Below are positions 21,001 through 30,007 of a stretch of 64,000 nucleotides of DNA, piece by piece. This stretch comes from an uncultured Cytophagaceae bacterium. GTDB taxonomy: Bacteria > Bacteroidota > Bacteroidia > Cytophagales > Microscillaceae. The DNA lies in NCBI GenBank assembly GCA_964551015.1, contig CAZKBP010000003.1:85327-149326 (forward strand), written 5' to 3'. How positions within the stretch are numbered: position 1 is the first letter of the stretch; every line of letters begins with the position of its first letter. The notes beneath the pieces are model-generated. The model was not told where the DNA came from and did no database searches. It saw only the letters and a list, made by a program, of their open reading frames with translations. Position numbers and translations under genes: made by a program.

Positions 21001-22246
21001 CTTTATTGATGATAAACTCAAGGATGAATTTGCTCCCGGCAAAAATATCAAAGACTTCTTTGGCGGACGGTTGATGGAATTGCTCGAGAAAAATCTCAAT
21101 CAAATCTTGGAGCGCGTGATTCAGATGGCCATCAATTGGCTCCAAGCCAATAAAGAAAAGATCGCCAATCAAGTCTATGAGGATGCTTATGCCCAAAATA
21201 GCCTCGCCTGGACTTATAAAAACTCCATCAAAGCCACTACTCAAGATTTGATCGAGCGAGGAGTTCCTAATTTTCTGAAAACCGAGTTTGGAAGTTTGGA
21301 AGAGATGATCCACGAAAAAGTGCAAGAGGTTGGAAATTCTCCCTTTAATACCACTAATTTTATCGCCTTAGATAGCGATAGCCTCAAGCGTCGCGTGGAG
21401 CAAATCTTGACCAACACCAAATTATTGCGCAAAACTCGGCAATTGACCAACCTGATATTAGAAGAACGCATTTTCAAAATCCGCTTGAACGCTCTGTTCA
21501 AGGATGATCCACATCAATTGATGCTGCATCTCAAAACCCTGCTTGATCCAGAGATTCATGTGATCCAAGACCACCTCCGAGAGCGACTACACGATGAAAA
21601 TCAATTGAAGGCATTTAGCCAGCCGCTGGCGCACTTGCTCAACGAAGTATTAGAGCGAGAGTTTTTAGGAATCAAGGCCGCCCGTGTTTTGGCAACGGTC
21701 GACCAAGAAGAAGCCCAGCAACTCTGCCAGCAGTTAGTAGAAAAGGTATTGGATGCCCCCGTTTTACAAACTCAGAGAGCGCAGATTCTCCAAAGGGCCA
21801 TGGATCGCTTTAAGAGCCAAAAATTAGAAGAAATATTAGATATAGCATTACTTCAGAAAGACCTGCCCAAAGCCTTTGAGCAAGCCTTTGCTCACCCCCA
21901 AGTTAGGGCACAGAGTCAAGAGGCCATTCAAGCATTGTTGGAGACATTGACTGGCCATTTGAATCAAGATTTATCACCAGAGACGAAGGATTTTACCATT
22001 GATATGGCCGCCAAGGCTATTTTTGGGGCTTTGGAAACACATATTCTCACCCTGATTAACTCCATTAATTTTAAAGAAATCGTGGTGGGCGAGATCGAGA
22101 CGATGCATGCCCAGGAGCTGGAAAATTTGTTCTATGGTTTTGCTCGTAAATACTTCAAATATTTGATTGGTTATGGCTTTGTCTTCGGGATTATTTTCGG
22201 CCTGGCGATTGATTTTGGGCTTTTGAATTTATTAGATATTTTTTAG
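18095..22246 (+). CDS. Giant tandem-DUF445 membrane-anchored coiled-coil protein (1383 aa)
   Basis: Two copies of the DUF445 N-terminal signature (GYVTNYLAIQMLFKEY at aa 16-31; GWGTNWLAIKMLFRPYNPVKIFG at aa ~697). Each is followed by a ~650-aa Q/L/E-rich helical region and a G-rich C-terminal hydrophobic segment (FFGGFLGTITGALLLGI; GYGFVFGIIFGLAI). Confidence 0.65.
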   Translation: MLGNIIAKILAGSVVGYVTNYLAIQMLFKEYLKIRWKRPKIRFGLGGVIVKERKEFEAQISRLVESDVIHHQAVEAELKKANFEQALQQILQNLFQKQLPQVVSSDLKLQDIPCLESSFQQVKTRLVHSLEQSSHRFYKPVLAQSPVLDMLSDPQIEYMAGQTTQLLQNFLEEEPLIDQLFQGWLRDLSQHRFSDFMPASLWQSLGQNIDTFSENLHQSLRYNYAPQIDDVLEKSQESLATAQLIQKLSHQVADRKLYEIFSQENVDNVPKAILGNIQNLFQSDVSEDIIQTLLRFLLNVLKEENATVYELLSDDLKQNFERFLENKLPDILATLIPWIRQKKKRLEQLIQDSFRENTSSIGQLLVAIFIGNIGKYIGIEQKLIDLIEKQDVQELAKKASDYLQEYLRKNTIGDLIKRFQEDRILQTLTPVLQQNIEKAIQNLRLDGTIHNLFDKPVRTWFSEERIAQALNHLLDQALHRHLKENWIFTEKSTRFFQEKLRNRWEDLLNTPLQKWLPADKQAKMSENLLAEIQTYLLGNQEEIQRFFARTLEKYLQEKHWDTLIRPDSEQLKNLVQTGLEQLLDRQFARVKEKPLHDYIQQVNQIPGLDEQLSRSIKAYLLEHLPQLMEGRIEQLVKENLAKQPDTRLRDMVHKAMGEELRPLSFFGGFLGTITGALLLGIPEMDAAAATLAVSGIAYGITGWGTNWLAIKMLFRPYNPVKIFGTKQNLPFTPGVVAKHKARFAKSMGRFLGDRLLNQENLQENFAKNQPKLEQGFRELFSKDDYAFIQKNLSQNQEKLAQQLTESLCKYLDQNSAQLAQNLAQGIEEYQGQDLRKLDSSRLEKRLLDYLDSQEVRVNLANFLSEQIQKARQSKQSLQEVLPKQLLENISQSLTKLVEQEIIRLEDRLENQDILELLDSQILEERIAGFLENNLEEILNREQEDKLKEQIFDFLKNRVTSDDVKKRIYGFIDDKLKDEFAPGKNIKDFFGGRLMELLEKNLNQILERVIQMAINWLQANKEKIANQVYEDAYAQNSLAWTYKNSIKATTQDLIERGVPNFLKTEFGSLEEMIHEKVQEVGNSPFNTTNFIALDSDSLKRRVEQILTNTKLLRKTRQLTNLILEERIFKIRLNALFKDDPHQLMLHLKTLLDPEIHVIQDHLRERLHDENQLKAFSQPLAHLLNEVLEREFLGIKAARVLATVDQEEAQQLCQQLVEKVLDAPVLQTQRAQILQRAMDRFKSQKLEEILDIALLQKDLPKAFEQAFAHPQVRAQSQEAIQALLETLTGHLNQDLSPETKDFTIDMAAKAIFGALETHILTLINSINFKEIVVGEIETMHAQELENLFYGFARKYFKYLIGYGFVFGIIFGLAIDFGLLNLLDIF

Positions 22247-22526
22247 GCGTTCAGGACAAGAGAGTATTGAGAGCCAAAAGTCAAGGGCTGCCTCATTAAC
22301 AAAATATTATTTTAAATAATGTTTTGGAAATAGCATTTTAATAAGATTAACCAAATAATAAATATTTCTTGATCTAAAATATTTTTTGTATTATTCAGAG
22401 ATATTTACCTTTGAAGTGCTTCTTTTTTATAAATATACGGCTAATTTCTAGCGCGTGCTGAACGAAACCCAAAAAAAGAATGTTTCGTATAGCTAAGTAT
22501 TTTTAAACTCAAAAAAAGGAGGGCTT

Positions 22527-23099
22527 ATGCTTAATTTTAAAGAAGTTATTTCCGTATCCTTGGTGCTTTTTTCGGTCATTGACATCATAGGTTCTATTCC
22601 TATTATCATCGAGCTTCGACAAAAATCAGGTCATATTCAATCAGAAAAAGCAACCCTGGTAGCGGGCTTGATTATGTTTGTCTTTTTGTATCTGGGAGAG
22701 TCTATTCTGAAATTGTTCGGCTTGGATGTAGCCTCATTTGCCATCGCGGGAGCCTTGGTATTGTTATTTATTGGTTTGGAAATGGTATTAGGGATTCACT
22801 TATTTCATAATGAGCCACAAAGCTCAGGCAACTCCAGCTCAATCGTGCCTTTGGCTTTTCCTTTGATCGCAGGAGCAGGAACGATGACCACGATTATTTC
22901 TTTGAGAGCTGAGTATCAGCAGGTAAATGTATTAATTGGTATTCTGCTCAATTTAGTTTTAGTGTATGTCGTTTTGAAAACTTCTAATTGGATAGAGAGA
23001 AAAATTGGTCAGGCAGGTACGGAGGTATTGCGAAAGGTCTTTGGGGTAATCTTATTGGCGATTGCCGTGAAATTATTTAAAGTAAATCTGACTTTTTAA
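22527..23099 (+). CDS. MarC family (UPF0056) integral membrane protein
   Basis: 190 aa, 6 TM, with typical MarC N-terminus FSVIDIIGSIPIII. Confidence 0.75.
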   Translation: MLNFKEVISVSLVLFSVIDIIGSIPIIIELRQKSGHIQSEKATLVAGLIMFVFLYLGESILKLFGLDVASFAIAGALVLLFIGLEMVLGIHLFHNEPQSSGNSSSIVPLAFPLIAGAGTMTTIISLRAEYQQVNVLIGILLNLVLVYVVLKTSNWIERKIGQAGTEVLRKVFGVILLAIAVKLFKVNLTF

Positions 23100-23156
23100 C
23101 GAAAATTAAGAGCTGAGAAGGTAAGCCTCTCACTTGTCGGGAAGAATTGTGTTATT

Positions 23157-23199
23157 CATCGGAGGCTCCGGAGAAGTACTCGTGGAGCCGTCCGATGAA
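23157..23199. terminator. Long imperfect hairpin (TCATCGGAGGCTCC...GGAGCCGTCCGATGA) between convergent genes
   Basis: Seen in the sequence. No strong U-tract on either strand. Confidence 0.4.
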
Positions 23200-23206
23200 T
23201 ATCAAA

Positions 23207-25417
23207 CTAGATCAAATCAGGTATTTTTAGCCCTAGCACCACCACGTCGTCGGTTTGGTCATGCTCTCCTTTCCATTGATTAAATTCCTGACTGAAGATT
23301 TCTTCTTGTTGATCCATAGGGTATTGACTGCTGTGCTGGATGAGTTCGATAAAACGGGTTTTCATGTATTTTTTCCGCTTCTGCTCGGAATCGTGATTAC
23401 CCCCTAATTGATCTTGAAAACCATCCGAAACGAGATAAAAGCTTTCTCCCCCTTGTAAATCAATGTATTTGTTTTTGAACTCTTTATTCTTGTTCCTGAG
23501 TGTACTCCCGATGGAAATATTTGAGCCTTTGATGTAGAAAATTTCCCCGTCCCGCACGTAATAGAGAGGATTCTTGGCTCCGGCAAAAACTGCTTTTTTC
23601 TCTCTTAGATTGATCCTGAGCAAGGCCATGTCCATACCATCTCCATCCCGCCGATTGCCTTCTTTTTCTTGATTATTGGTTTTTAGAGTAGCTTTCACCC
23701 GGTCGTTGAGAACGGTCAAAATCTCGGCTGGATCCAAAATATTATCCTCATTGACAATATTATTGAGCAGAGAGTTACCCATTACGGTCATAAAAGCCCC
23801 GGGTACGCCGTGTCCCGTACAGTCGGCGGCGGTGATGACAATATCATCTTCTTTTTGAGTATGCCAATAAAAATCTCCGGATACAATATCTTTGGGGGCA
23901 TAAAAGATAAACATCTCAGCAAAATTCTCCGAGATTTGCTCAATACTAGGTAAGATGGACTGTTGAATCGTGAAAGCGTAACGGATACTATCGGTGATTT
24001 TCTCGTTTTGAGTTTTGAGTTGATTATTTTTGGACTCGATTTGGCGGTTTTTCTGATCCATGATGATCGCGGATTGCTCGAGCATTTGATTTTTGTCGTC
24101 AAGCATTTGATTCTTTTCATCGAGCATCTCGTTTTTCTCAGCTAGCTGATCTTTTTGCTGACGGACGCGCCGGTTATTGATGTAAAGAATCGCGGCGATA
24201 GCCACCGCAGCACTACCTACTAGTATGAAAATAAGGAGGTTACGGTTGGCAATATCTTCTTTTCTCTTGGCAATTTCGGCCAATAAGCTGGCATTTTTCT
24301 TGGCTAACTGGAGAGAGTCTTTGACCTCTTGCGTGGCTTGTCTTTCTTGCAGCACATCTCTTTGTAATACCAGAATCAGGCTCAAAGCTTTTTCTTTGGC
24401 GATGTCTAGGTCTTTTTGGTATTTGGTAAATTCTTCCTCTAGTTGCTTCAATCGCGCCACTAATCTTTTTCTTTCTTCGGGGCTAATCGGCTCATCTCCT
24501 TCCAAAATCTTTCGAATTTCTTCTCGTTCGCGCGTATTTTCTCCCAGTCTTTTTTCCACAAAACGGACTTCACTAAAAATGGCTTCTCGTTGGTCATCGA
24601 TAATGGTAACTGGCCCTTGATCTAGGGGTTCATCTTGGGAGAGTGGCTCTCGCACCGAGATAAGCATCATGTTGATTCCCGTGTAATTGAGGTTGGTAAC
24701 ATTGTACCCCTCGACGGCATACTGGCTAAAGTCATAGGCTTCCCCTCCTGTGCTGAACTCTCCATTTTCGTTGGTAGTATAAGGCTTATTATCTACATAC
24801 ACGCGCGCATCGGCAACGGGCTGATTGGATGGATCGACAATTTTGACTCGGAAAACTTTACGGGGGGGCACATCTAACAAGACATAGAAAAGACCGTCTT
24901 TCTTGCGGACAATATAGTTATGGCTACTTTTGAGGCGAGGGTCAAAAACTTTAAAATCTGTGGTATCTACTTCTACTCCTTCGGGAACATTGAAGGAAAA
25001 AAAGCCTTGGGCATCCGTTTTGACTGGAGCTAAACCCCTGACCCCAATGATGAGTACGTTGACGCCTGGCAAGGGCACTTGCTTATCACTGAGAACTCTG
25101 CCTCGAATTTGTGTAGGAGGAGTCATGACAATTTTTACCTCTTTCCCATCGTAGCGCCAATCTTGGAGCATCATCCCTTCTTTATTAGCGTTGATAAATT
25201 TGGGGCCATCGGTGGTAATATTGCTCACCGAAAACTCACCGCTGGCACTGGTGTAGACATATTGGCTACCATCTACAGATACCTTCGCGTTTTGGACGGG
25301 CTGAGATTTTTGGTCTACGACTTTTCCTTTGATGGCTTTCTGCGCTGGACAAACCAGAGGTAAGCATATAAAAGACCATAAGACTATCAAGAAGGATAGC
25401 CGGGCTTCCCTTTTCAT
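23207..25417 (-). CDS. Single-pass membrane sensor PP2C-type (SpoIIE/RsbU-like) Ser/Thr phosphatase, paralog A. Extracytoplasmic CarboxypepD_reg-like repeats
   Basis: Signal peptide, then three beta-sandwich repeats (IKGKVVDQKSQPVQNAKVSV; QIRGRVLSDKQVPLPGVNVLI; FRVKIVDPSNQPVADARVYV). Coiled coil, a TM helix LLIFILVGSAAVAIAAILYI, and a C-terminal SpoIIE domain (ITDSIRYAFTIQ..., DIVSGDFYWH, ADCTGHGVPGAFMT, GMDMAL, SDGFQDQ) follow. The ATG for MKREARL is at 25417. The track ORF begins at a TTG 27 nt upstream. Confidence 0.8.
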   Translation of the reverse strand: MKREARLSFLIVLWSFICLPLVCPAQKAIKGKVVDQKSQPVQNAKVSVDGSQYVYTSASGEFSVSNITTDGPKFINANKEGMMLQDWRYDGKEVKIVMTPPTQIRGRVLSDKQVPLPGVNVLIIGVRGLAPVKTDAQGFFSFNVPEGVEVDTTDFKVFDPRLKSSHNYIVRKKDGLFYVLLDVPPRKVFRVKIVDPSNQPVADARVYVDNKPYTTNENGEFSTGGEAYDFSQYAVEGYNVTNLNYTGINMMLISVREPLSQDEPLDQGPVTIIDDQREAIFSEVRFVEKRLGENTREREEIRKILEGDEPISPEERKRLVARLKQLEEEFTKYQKDLDIAKEKALSLILVLQRDVLQERQATQEVKDSLQLAKKNASLLAEIAKRKEDIANRNLLIFILVGSAAVAIAAILYINNRRVRQQKDQLAEKNEMLDEKNQMLDDKNQMLEQSAIIMDQKNRQIESKNNQLKTQNEKITDSIRYAFTIQQSILPSIEQISENFAEMFIFYAPKDIVSGDFYWHTQKEDDIVITAADCTGHGVPGAFMTVMGNSLLNNIVNEDNILDPAEILTVLNDRVKATLKTNNQEKEGNRRDGDGMDMALLRINLREKKAVFAGAKNPLYYVRDGEIFYIKGSNISIGSTLRNKNKEFKNKYIDLQGGESFYLVSDGFQDQLGGNHDSEQKRKKYMKTRFIELIQHSSQYPMDQQEEIFSQEFNQWKGEHDQTDDVVVLGLKIPDLI

Positions 25418-25702
25418 ATAGATTATATTGCTGGAAACTCTCAATCTGGAACTAATAAATTTTGGTACGATTTTACTTTTAAGTAGTTGTCCATCCTGAG
25501 TGCTTGGGGTGAGCCTCTATTTCAGGGCTTGATCGCCAAATTTCCCCAGTATTTTAATGTCCAAGTACCTAAAATTAGGCTTAATATCTTTGTATGCCAT
25601 TTTTATACCAAAAAATTAGTAAAAAGTATTCTCTGGTATAAGTATGGGCAATATATAGAGAAGTTTGTGGATTTCCTATGCTTCGGCTCGGGTTACCGAT
25701 GG

Positions 25703-27583
25703 CTACAGTTTGATACCAACTATCGTGATATCATCCCGAGAGCGGGTATCCTGCCGATGCGCTTTGAGGGTGTCGAGTAATAGTGTTTTTTGCTCAGACA
25801 GGGGATAAGATTGGATTTGATCCAGTAAATCTTGAAAACGGGCACTGCCAAACTTTTTTCGCTCTGGATCGGGCGAGTCAATGTAACCATCTGTGGTCAG
25901 GTAGAGAATCGAGCCCTTGGGGAGGCGCACTTGATGATTGGTAAAAGCTTGTATGTGCTGACGAATACCACCGATGTATTTGCTATCACCCGAGAATTTT
26001 TTGAGAGTTTGATTTTCGGTATAATAAAATGGGCGTTTGGCTCCGGCAAAAGTAACATCAAAGTGATCTTCACCTGCTTTTTGGATTGTGCAGAAACAAA
26101 CATCCATGCCATCACGGTTATTTGTTTCACCTTGACGAAGTCTTTTGTAAACACCTTGATGGAGCATTTCTAGGACAGAAGAAGGGTCAGTTATGTGTTT
26201 TTCGTTGACGATTTCGTTGAGCAAATCCGTGCCAATAGTAGACATAAAAGCCCCGGGCACACCGTGCCCCGTACAGTCTACCACGGCGATCAGGGTTTTA
26301 TCCTCAGAGCGATTGAGCCAATAAAAATCACCAGAAACAATATCTTTGGGGCGGTAAATGATAAAATGTTCATCAAAAAAGCTTGAGAAGCGGCCATCCT
26401 CAGGAAGCATCGCCTCTTGAATGGTCAAAGCGTAGCGAATACTGTCGGTGATTTTGCGATTTTGTTCTTCGAGGGCAGAGTTTTTATCTTTGATCTCCCT
26501 GTTTTTCTGATCCATGATGCGGGTAGATTCTTCCAAGAGATCATTTTGGCGATTAATTTCCGTGATTTTCTCTGTGAGTTCATTGCGGGCTTTGCGAATT
26601 TCCTCAATTCTTTTTTTGCGCCGCTGGCTGTAATAGTAAAGCATAAAGGCCAATGAGCTTAGGAAGATGATAATAGCCGTGAGGATGGTAAGTTGAGTCC
26701 TCTGGTTGGCAGCCGCGGCTTCTTTTTCTTTTTCTACCTTGGCTTTCTCGAGTTTTTCTCGGGCTACAATTTCCTTGGCCAGTTTGGCCTCTGTCAAAAG
26801 TTTGCTGGTGATTAGGCTGTCTTGGCTGACTTGGTCGCGGAGTGTGCGAATACGCTCAATGAGTTCCTTTTCTTCTTCTGGTTTCAGCCCTAATTCTTTA
26901 ATTCTGAGGGCTTGTTCTTCGCGAATTTCACTAAGTTGTTGTTTATATTCGTTCAGTTTGCGTTTAGCCTTCGGATCTTCTACATATTTGATCTCGGTGG
27001 TTTTCTCTATCTTGGTAATGGTTTTGGGGGGAGGAGGGGGAGGAGCCAGCTTGATTTTTTCATAAGCCTCATCCAAGATTTTAAGAGCGACAGAGATTCC
27101 TTTATCGTCAATTTGTTCAGGAACAATTTCATAAAGCCAGCGATCAATCGGCTTTACAAAATTAATATCACTACCACCGGGAGTCGCATATCCTTCTTTT
27201 TCGGTGATGATTAAGATCGGTTTATTGGCTACTTTCTGAAATACACCACTGATGAGTAATCGGCTCGTGCTGCTAATATAGAGGATGGGGCATTGCTCTA
27301 TTTCGTTGATGCTGGTGAAATGCTTTACGACGATTTTCTTGTTTTTTACCTGTTGGTTGGTCAATACGGAGCTAATTTCGTCTACGGTAGAGGCATCCCC
27401 GATGATTCCCACTACAAAATCGTGCCCGATCGCATAACTAGGCCAAACCAAGTTTCGAGCAAAACGATTGATGTAGTTGGCTTTGATTTTAAGATCATCT
27501 TGGTTCTGAGCCTGACCTTTTGGGCACAAAACCAGCCAGACGACTATCCATCTTGCCATAAATTTTAAAAACATCCTCTTCAT
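25703..27583 (-). CDS. Single-pass membrane sensor PP2C-type (SpoIIE-like) phosphatase, paralog B. Extracytoplasmic DUF4154/YfiR-like domain
   Basis: The N-terminal periplasmic domain (VVGIIGDASTVDEISSVL...ILYISSTSRL) resembles YfiR/DUF4154. A poly-Pro linker, a TM helix LTILTAIIIFLSSLAFMLYYY and a SpoIIE domain (ITDSIRYALTIQ, DIVSGDFYWL, VDCTGHGVPGAFMS, TDGYIDS) follow. Confidence 0.8.
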   Translation of the reverse strand: MKRMFLKFMARWIVVWLVLCPKGQAQNQDDLKIKANYINRFARNLVWPSYAIGHDFVVGIIGDASTVDEISSVLTNQQVKNKKIVVKHFTSINEIEQCPILYISSTSRLLISGVFQKVANKPILIITEKEGYATPGGSDINFVKPIDRWLYEIVPEQIDDKGISVALKILDEAYEKIKLAPPPPPPKTITKIEKTTEIKYVEDPKAKRKLNEYKQQLSEIREEQALRIKELGLKPEEEKELIERIRTLRDQVSQDSLITSKLLTEAKLAKEIVAREKLEKAKVEKEKEAAAANQRTQLTILTAIIIFLSSLAFMLYYYSQRRKKRIEEIRKARNELTEKITEINRQNDLLEESTRIMDQKNREIKDKNSALEEQNRKITDSIRYALTIQEAMLPEDGRFSSFFDEHFIIYRPKDIVSGDFYWLNRSEDKTLIAVVDCTGHGVPGAFMSTIGTDLLNEIVNEKHITDPSSVLEMLHQGVYKRLRQGETNNRDGMDVCFCTIQKAGEDHFDVTFAGAKRPFYYTENQTLKKFSGDSKYIGGIRQHIQAFTNHQVRLPKGSILYLTTDGYIDSPDPERKKFGSARFQDLLDQIQSYPLSEQKTLLLDTLKAHRQDTRSRDDITIVGIKL

Positions 27584-27787
27584 AGATTCTTCATAATTGC
27601 CTAAGGACTTGGTGTGAATGATCCTTAGAATCTTTTACCGTTGAAAATCTGTGAGATACCAGACTGGACGACAGACGCTGGACAATTGTCCAAGGATTAG
27701 GCAGTACTGCAATTTATAAAATCCATTTCTTTTATGATCAACAAAAGCTCGATTTATACCTGTGCTCTGGTAGTAAACTATTTATTT

Positions 27788-30007
27788 TTAAAGTTTAATC
27801 CCCATCACTAACACATCGTCAGTCTGAGAATTCTCCCCTTTCCAAGTTCTAAATTCTTTTTCTAGGGCTTGACATTGCTCAGACAAGGGTAAGGAGCTAA
27901 TTTCTAAAAGGAAGTCTTTGTATCTTGTTTTCATGTATTTTTTTCGGTTTTTTACTTCGCCTCCAAATTGATCCTGAAAGCCATCCGACTGTAAGTAAAA
28001 AACCTCTCCTCCTTCTATTTCTATTTCGTGAGATTTAAACTGATGGTTTTTCTTAAATTTAGTACTACCAATCGGGATATTTGTTCCTTTAATCTGATGT
28101 AGGACGTTATTTTTGACGTAATAAAGAGGGTTTTTAGCTCCAGCAAATATCACTTTCTGGGTGTAGCGATTGATATTAATCAAAGTCATATCCATTCCGT
28201 CGTGGCTGGTATCTCGTTCTTGTTGATGGAGGGTTTCTTGCACCTTGGCATCCAGCAGCGTCAGAATCTCAGATGGCTCTGTGATATAATTTTCATTGAC
28301 AATTTGGTTCAACAAAGAATTGCCCAACATAGTCATAAATGCCCCCGGTACGCCGTGCCCCGTGCAATCAACCGCCGCGATGATGGTTTCAGCCCCCTTA
28401 TGGCTATACCAATAAAAATCTCCACTCACGATATCACGTGGTGCGAAGAAGATAAAGCCATCATTAACATGGCGCATGATCTCCTGTGGCTTGTCCAAGA
28501 TCGCGTTTTGGATTCGTTCAGCACTATAAATACTGGATCTGATTTGATTATAAGTCCGCTCCAGTTCTTTGGTTTTTTGGCTTAGCGAATCTCTCTGTAC
28601 CTTGATCTCTTCGTTTTGCTGATGTATTTCTTCTACCTTTTCGGCGAGTTGATCTTTGGTAATTTCTATTTCGCTTTTTTGCTTTTTAATAACACGATTG
28701 TAAAGGAAGAAGGTCGTGGCGAGAATGAGTAAAAGCACGATGATCGTGGAGAGAATGATTAGGTTGTCTCGAAAGCGAGATTCGGCTCTTTCCTTTTCTT
28801 CTTGAATTTGCTGTTTCTCAGATTCTACTTCCTTGACTTTTTGTTCGGCAACGAGCCGGAGTGAATCTTTTTGAAAGATGATAGATTCTAAGGCACTTAA
28901 TTCCAAACGGGACTCCTGCCGTAACTGCTCGAAGAGAGAGTCATTTTCGTGGAAAGTCTGTGTGAGTTCGCTGACATAGCCATGTAAGGCGTTTCTTTGC
29001 TGAGGGGTAAAATTAGCCTTATTGAGTAGGCGATTGCTCAATTGGCGAAGTTCTCTTTGAAAACGTGCCGAACGGGTAATCTGCTCCTCGCGATCTTCGC
29101 GTAACTCCTCCGTGATTTTATTGATATCATCCTGTATACTAGGCTGATTAGCATTGGGCAATGGAACTTTTACAGGAGATTGAGTCGCCTTAGTCCCTTG
29201 CTCTTCTACTTGGAAGGTAAAACGGTTTTCTCCTTCTTTGAAATCTGATTGGAGAATACGATAACCTTGCACTTGTACGGCACTATCACCACTCAAAACC
29301 TCCGGAGAAATCTTAAGATCTCCTTGGCCATTGGCCCGATAGCTTTGTCCACTGATACGAAGACTGGCGTTAGGTACAGGTTGACCCTGACGATTTCTGA
29401 CAGAGATAAGATAAGTGCTGGGCTGAGGAGAAGTAGAGCTGGGTTCCAACCTGATGATAACCGAGGTAGCATTTTGTTTGAACATCACCTGACCGGGTGG
29501 GATAGGATTCCCATTTACTTGAAAATGGCTATTACTTCCTACCTGTGTCTGTGGTGAAAGTTGGATTTCAAATCTTCCATTTGCATCGGTTACCACAGGT
29601 TTTTGATCATTCTGCCCCAAGAGTACGATCTTATTGTTGGCTAATGCCTGTTTATCATGATGAACCAACACCCCCCGAAGAATAGTAGCAGGCTGCATCA
29701 AAATGACCAGTCTGGGACTTGTCTTAATTTCTTTGATTTTTAGATTTCTACGTCGAGGATCATAGATTCGGATATCACTAACTTGCAAGGGGCGATTAGG
29801 TTGTGCGAGTTCAAATTTGAAGCGACCGTTGTAATCAGTGGTGGTTACTGTACTACCACGAACCGAAATCTGAAGATTTGACACGGGTTTGTTAGCTTCA
29901 TCGACAATCGTTCCAAAAGTAGACTTTTGTGCCAGAAGCAACATGGGACTCATTAGGACGAGCCACGCGAAGAGCAATATGCTGGATTTGGTGCTTATTT
30001 TCATCAC
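27788..30007 (-). CDS. Single-pass membrane sensor PP2C-type (SpoIIE-like) phosphatase, paralog C. Extracytoplasmic beta-sandwich repeats
   Basis: Signal peptide, CarboxypepD_reg-like repeats (FGTIVDEANKPVSNLQISVRGS; LRGVLVHHDKQALANNKIVLLG), coiled coil, a TM helix LIILSTIIVLLLILATTFFLY, and a SpoIIE domain (DIVSGDFYWY, VDCTGHGVPGAFMT, SDGFQDQ). Confidence 0.8.
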   Translation of the reverse strand: MMKISTKSSILLFAWLVLMSPMLLLAQKSTFGTIVDEANKPVSNLQISVRGSTVTTTDYNGRFKFELAQPNRPLQVSDIRIYDPRRRNLKIKEIKTSPRLVILMQPATILRGVLVHHDKQALANNKIVLLGQNDQKPVVTDANGRFEIQLSPQTQVGSNSHFQVNGNPIPPGQVMFKQNATSVIIRLEPSSTSPQPSTYLISVRNRQGQPVPNASLRISGQSYRANGQGDLKISPEVLSGDSAVQVQGYRILQSDFKEGENRFTFQVEEQGTKATQSPVKVPLPNANQPSIQDDINKITEELREDREEQITRSARFQRELRQLSNRLLNKANFTPQQRNALHGYVSELTQTFHENDSLFEQLRQESRLELSALESIIFQKDSLRLVAEQKVKEVESEKQQIQEEKERAESRFRDNLIILSTIIVLLLILATTFFLYNRVIKKQKSEIEITKDQLAEKVEEIHQQNEEIKVQRDSLSQKTKELERTYNQIRSSIYSAERIQNAILDKPQEIMRHVNDGFIFFAPRDIVSGDFYWYSHKGAETIIAAVDCTGHGVPGAFMTMLGNSLLNQIVNENYITEPSEILTLLDAKVQETLHQQERDTSHDGMDMTLININRYTQKVIFAGAKNPLYYVKNNVLHQIKGTNIPIGSTKFKKNHQFKSHEIEIEGGEVFYLQSDGFQDQFGGEVKNRKKYMKTRYKDFLLEISSLPLSEQCQALEKEFRTWKGENSQTDDVLVMGIKL

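Noticed and set aside
22462-22488. Stem-loop ACGAAAC-N13-GTTTCGT in the marC upstream region, considered as a terminator of the DUF445 gene
   Set aside because: It has a 7-bp AT-rich stem with a 13-nt loop and no U-tract. It is too weak to call.
26706-27065. 119-aa plus-strand ORF (MAAAASFSFS...GGGGGG) inside sensor phosphatase B
   Set aside because: It is a low-complexity antisense artefact opposite the coiled-coil and poly-proline coding region.
23207-30007. Short repeated nucleotide blocks within the three phosphatase genes considered as a possible CRISPR-like or mobile repeat
   Set aside because: The repeats are in-frame paralogous coding segments (coiled-coil DQKNRxIxxKN and ITDSIRYA motifs). 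They are not spacer-interspersed direct repeats.
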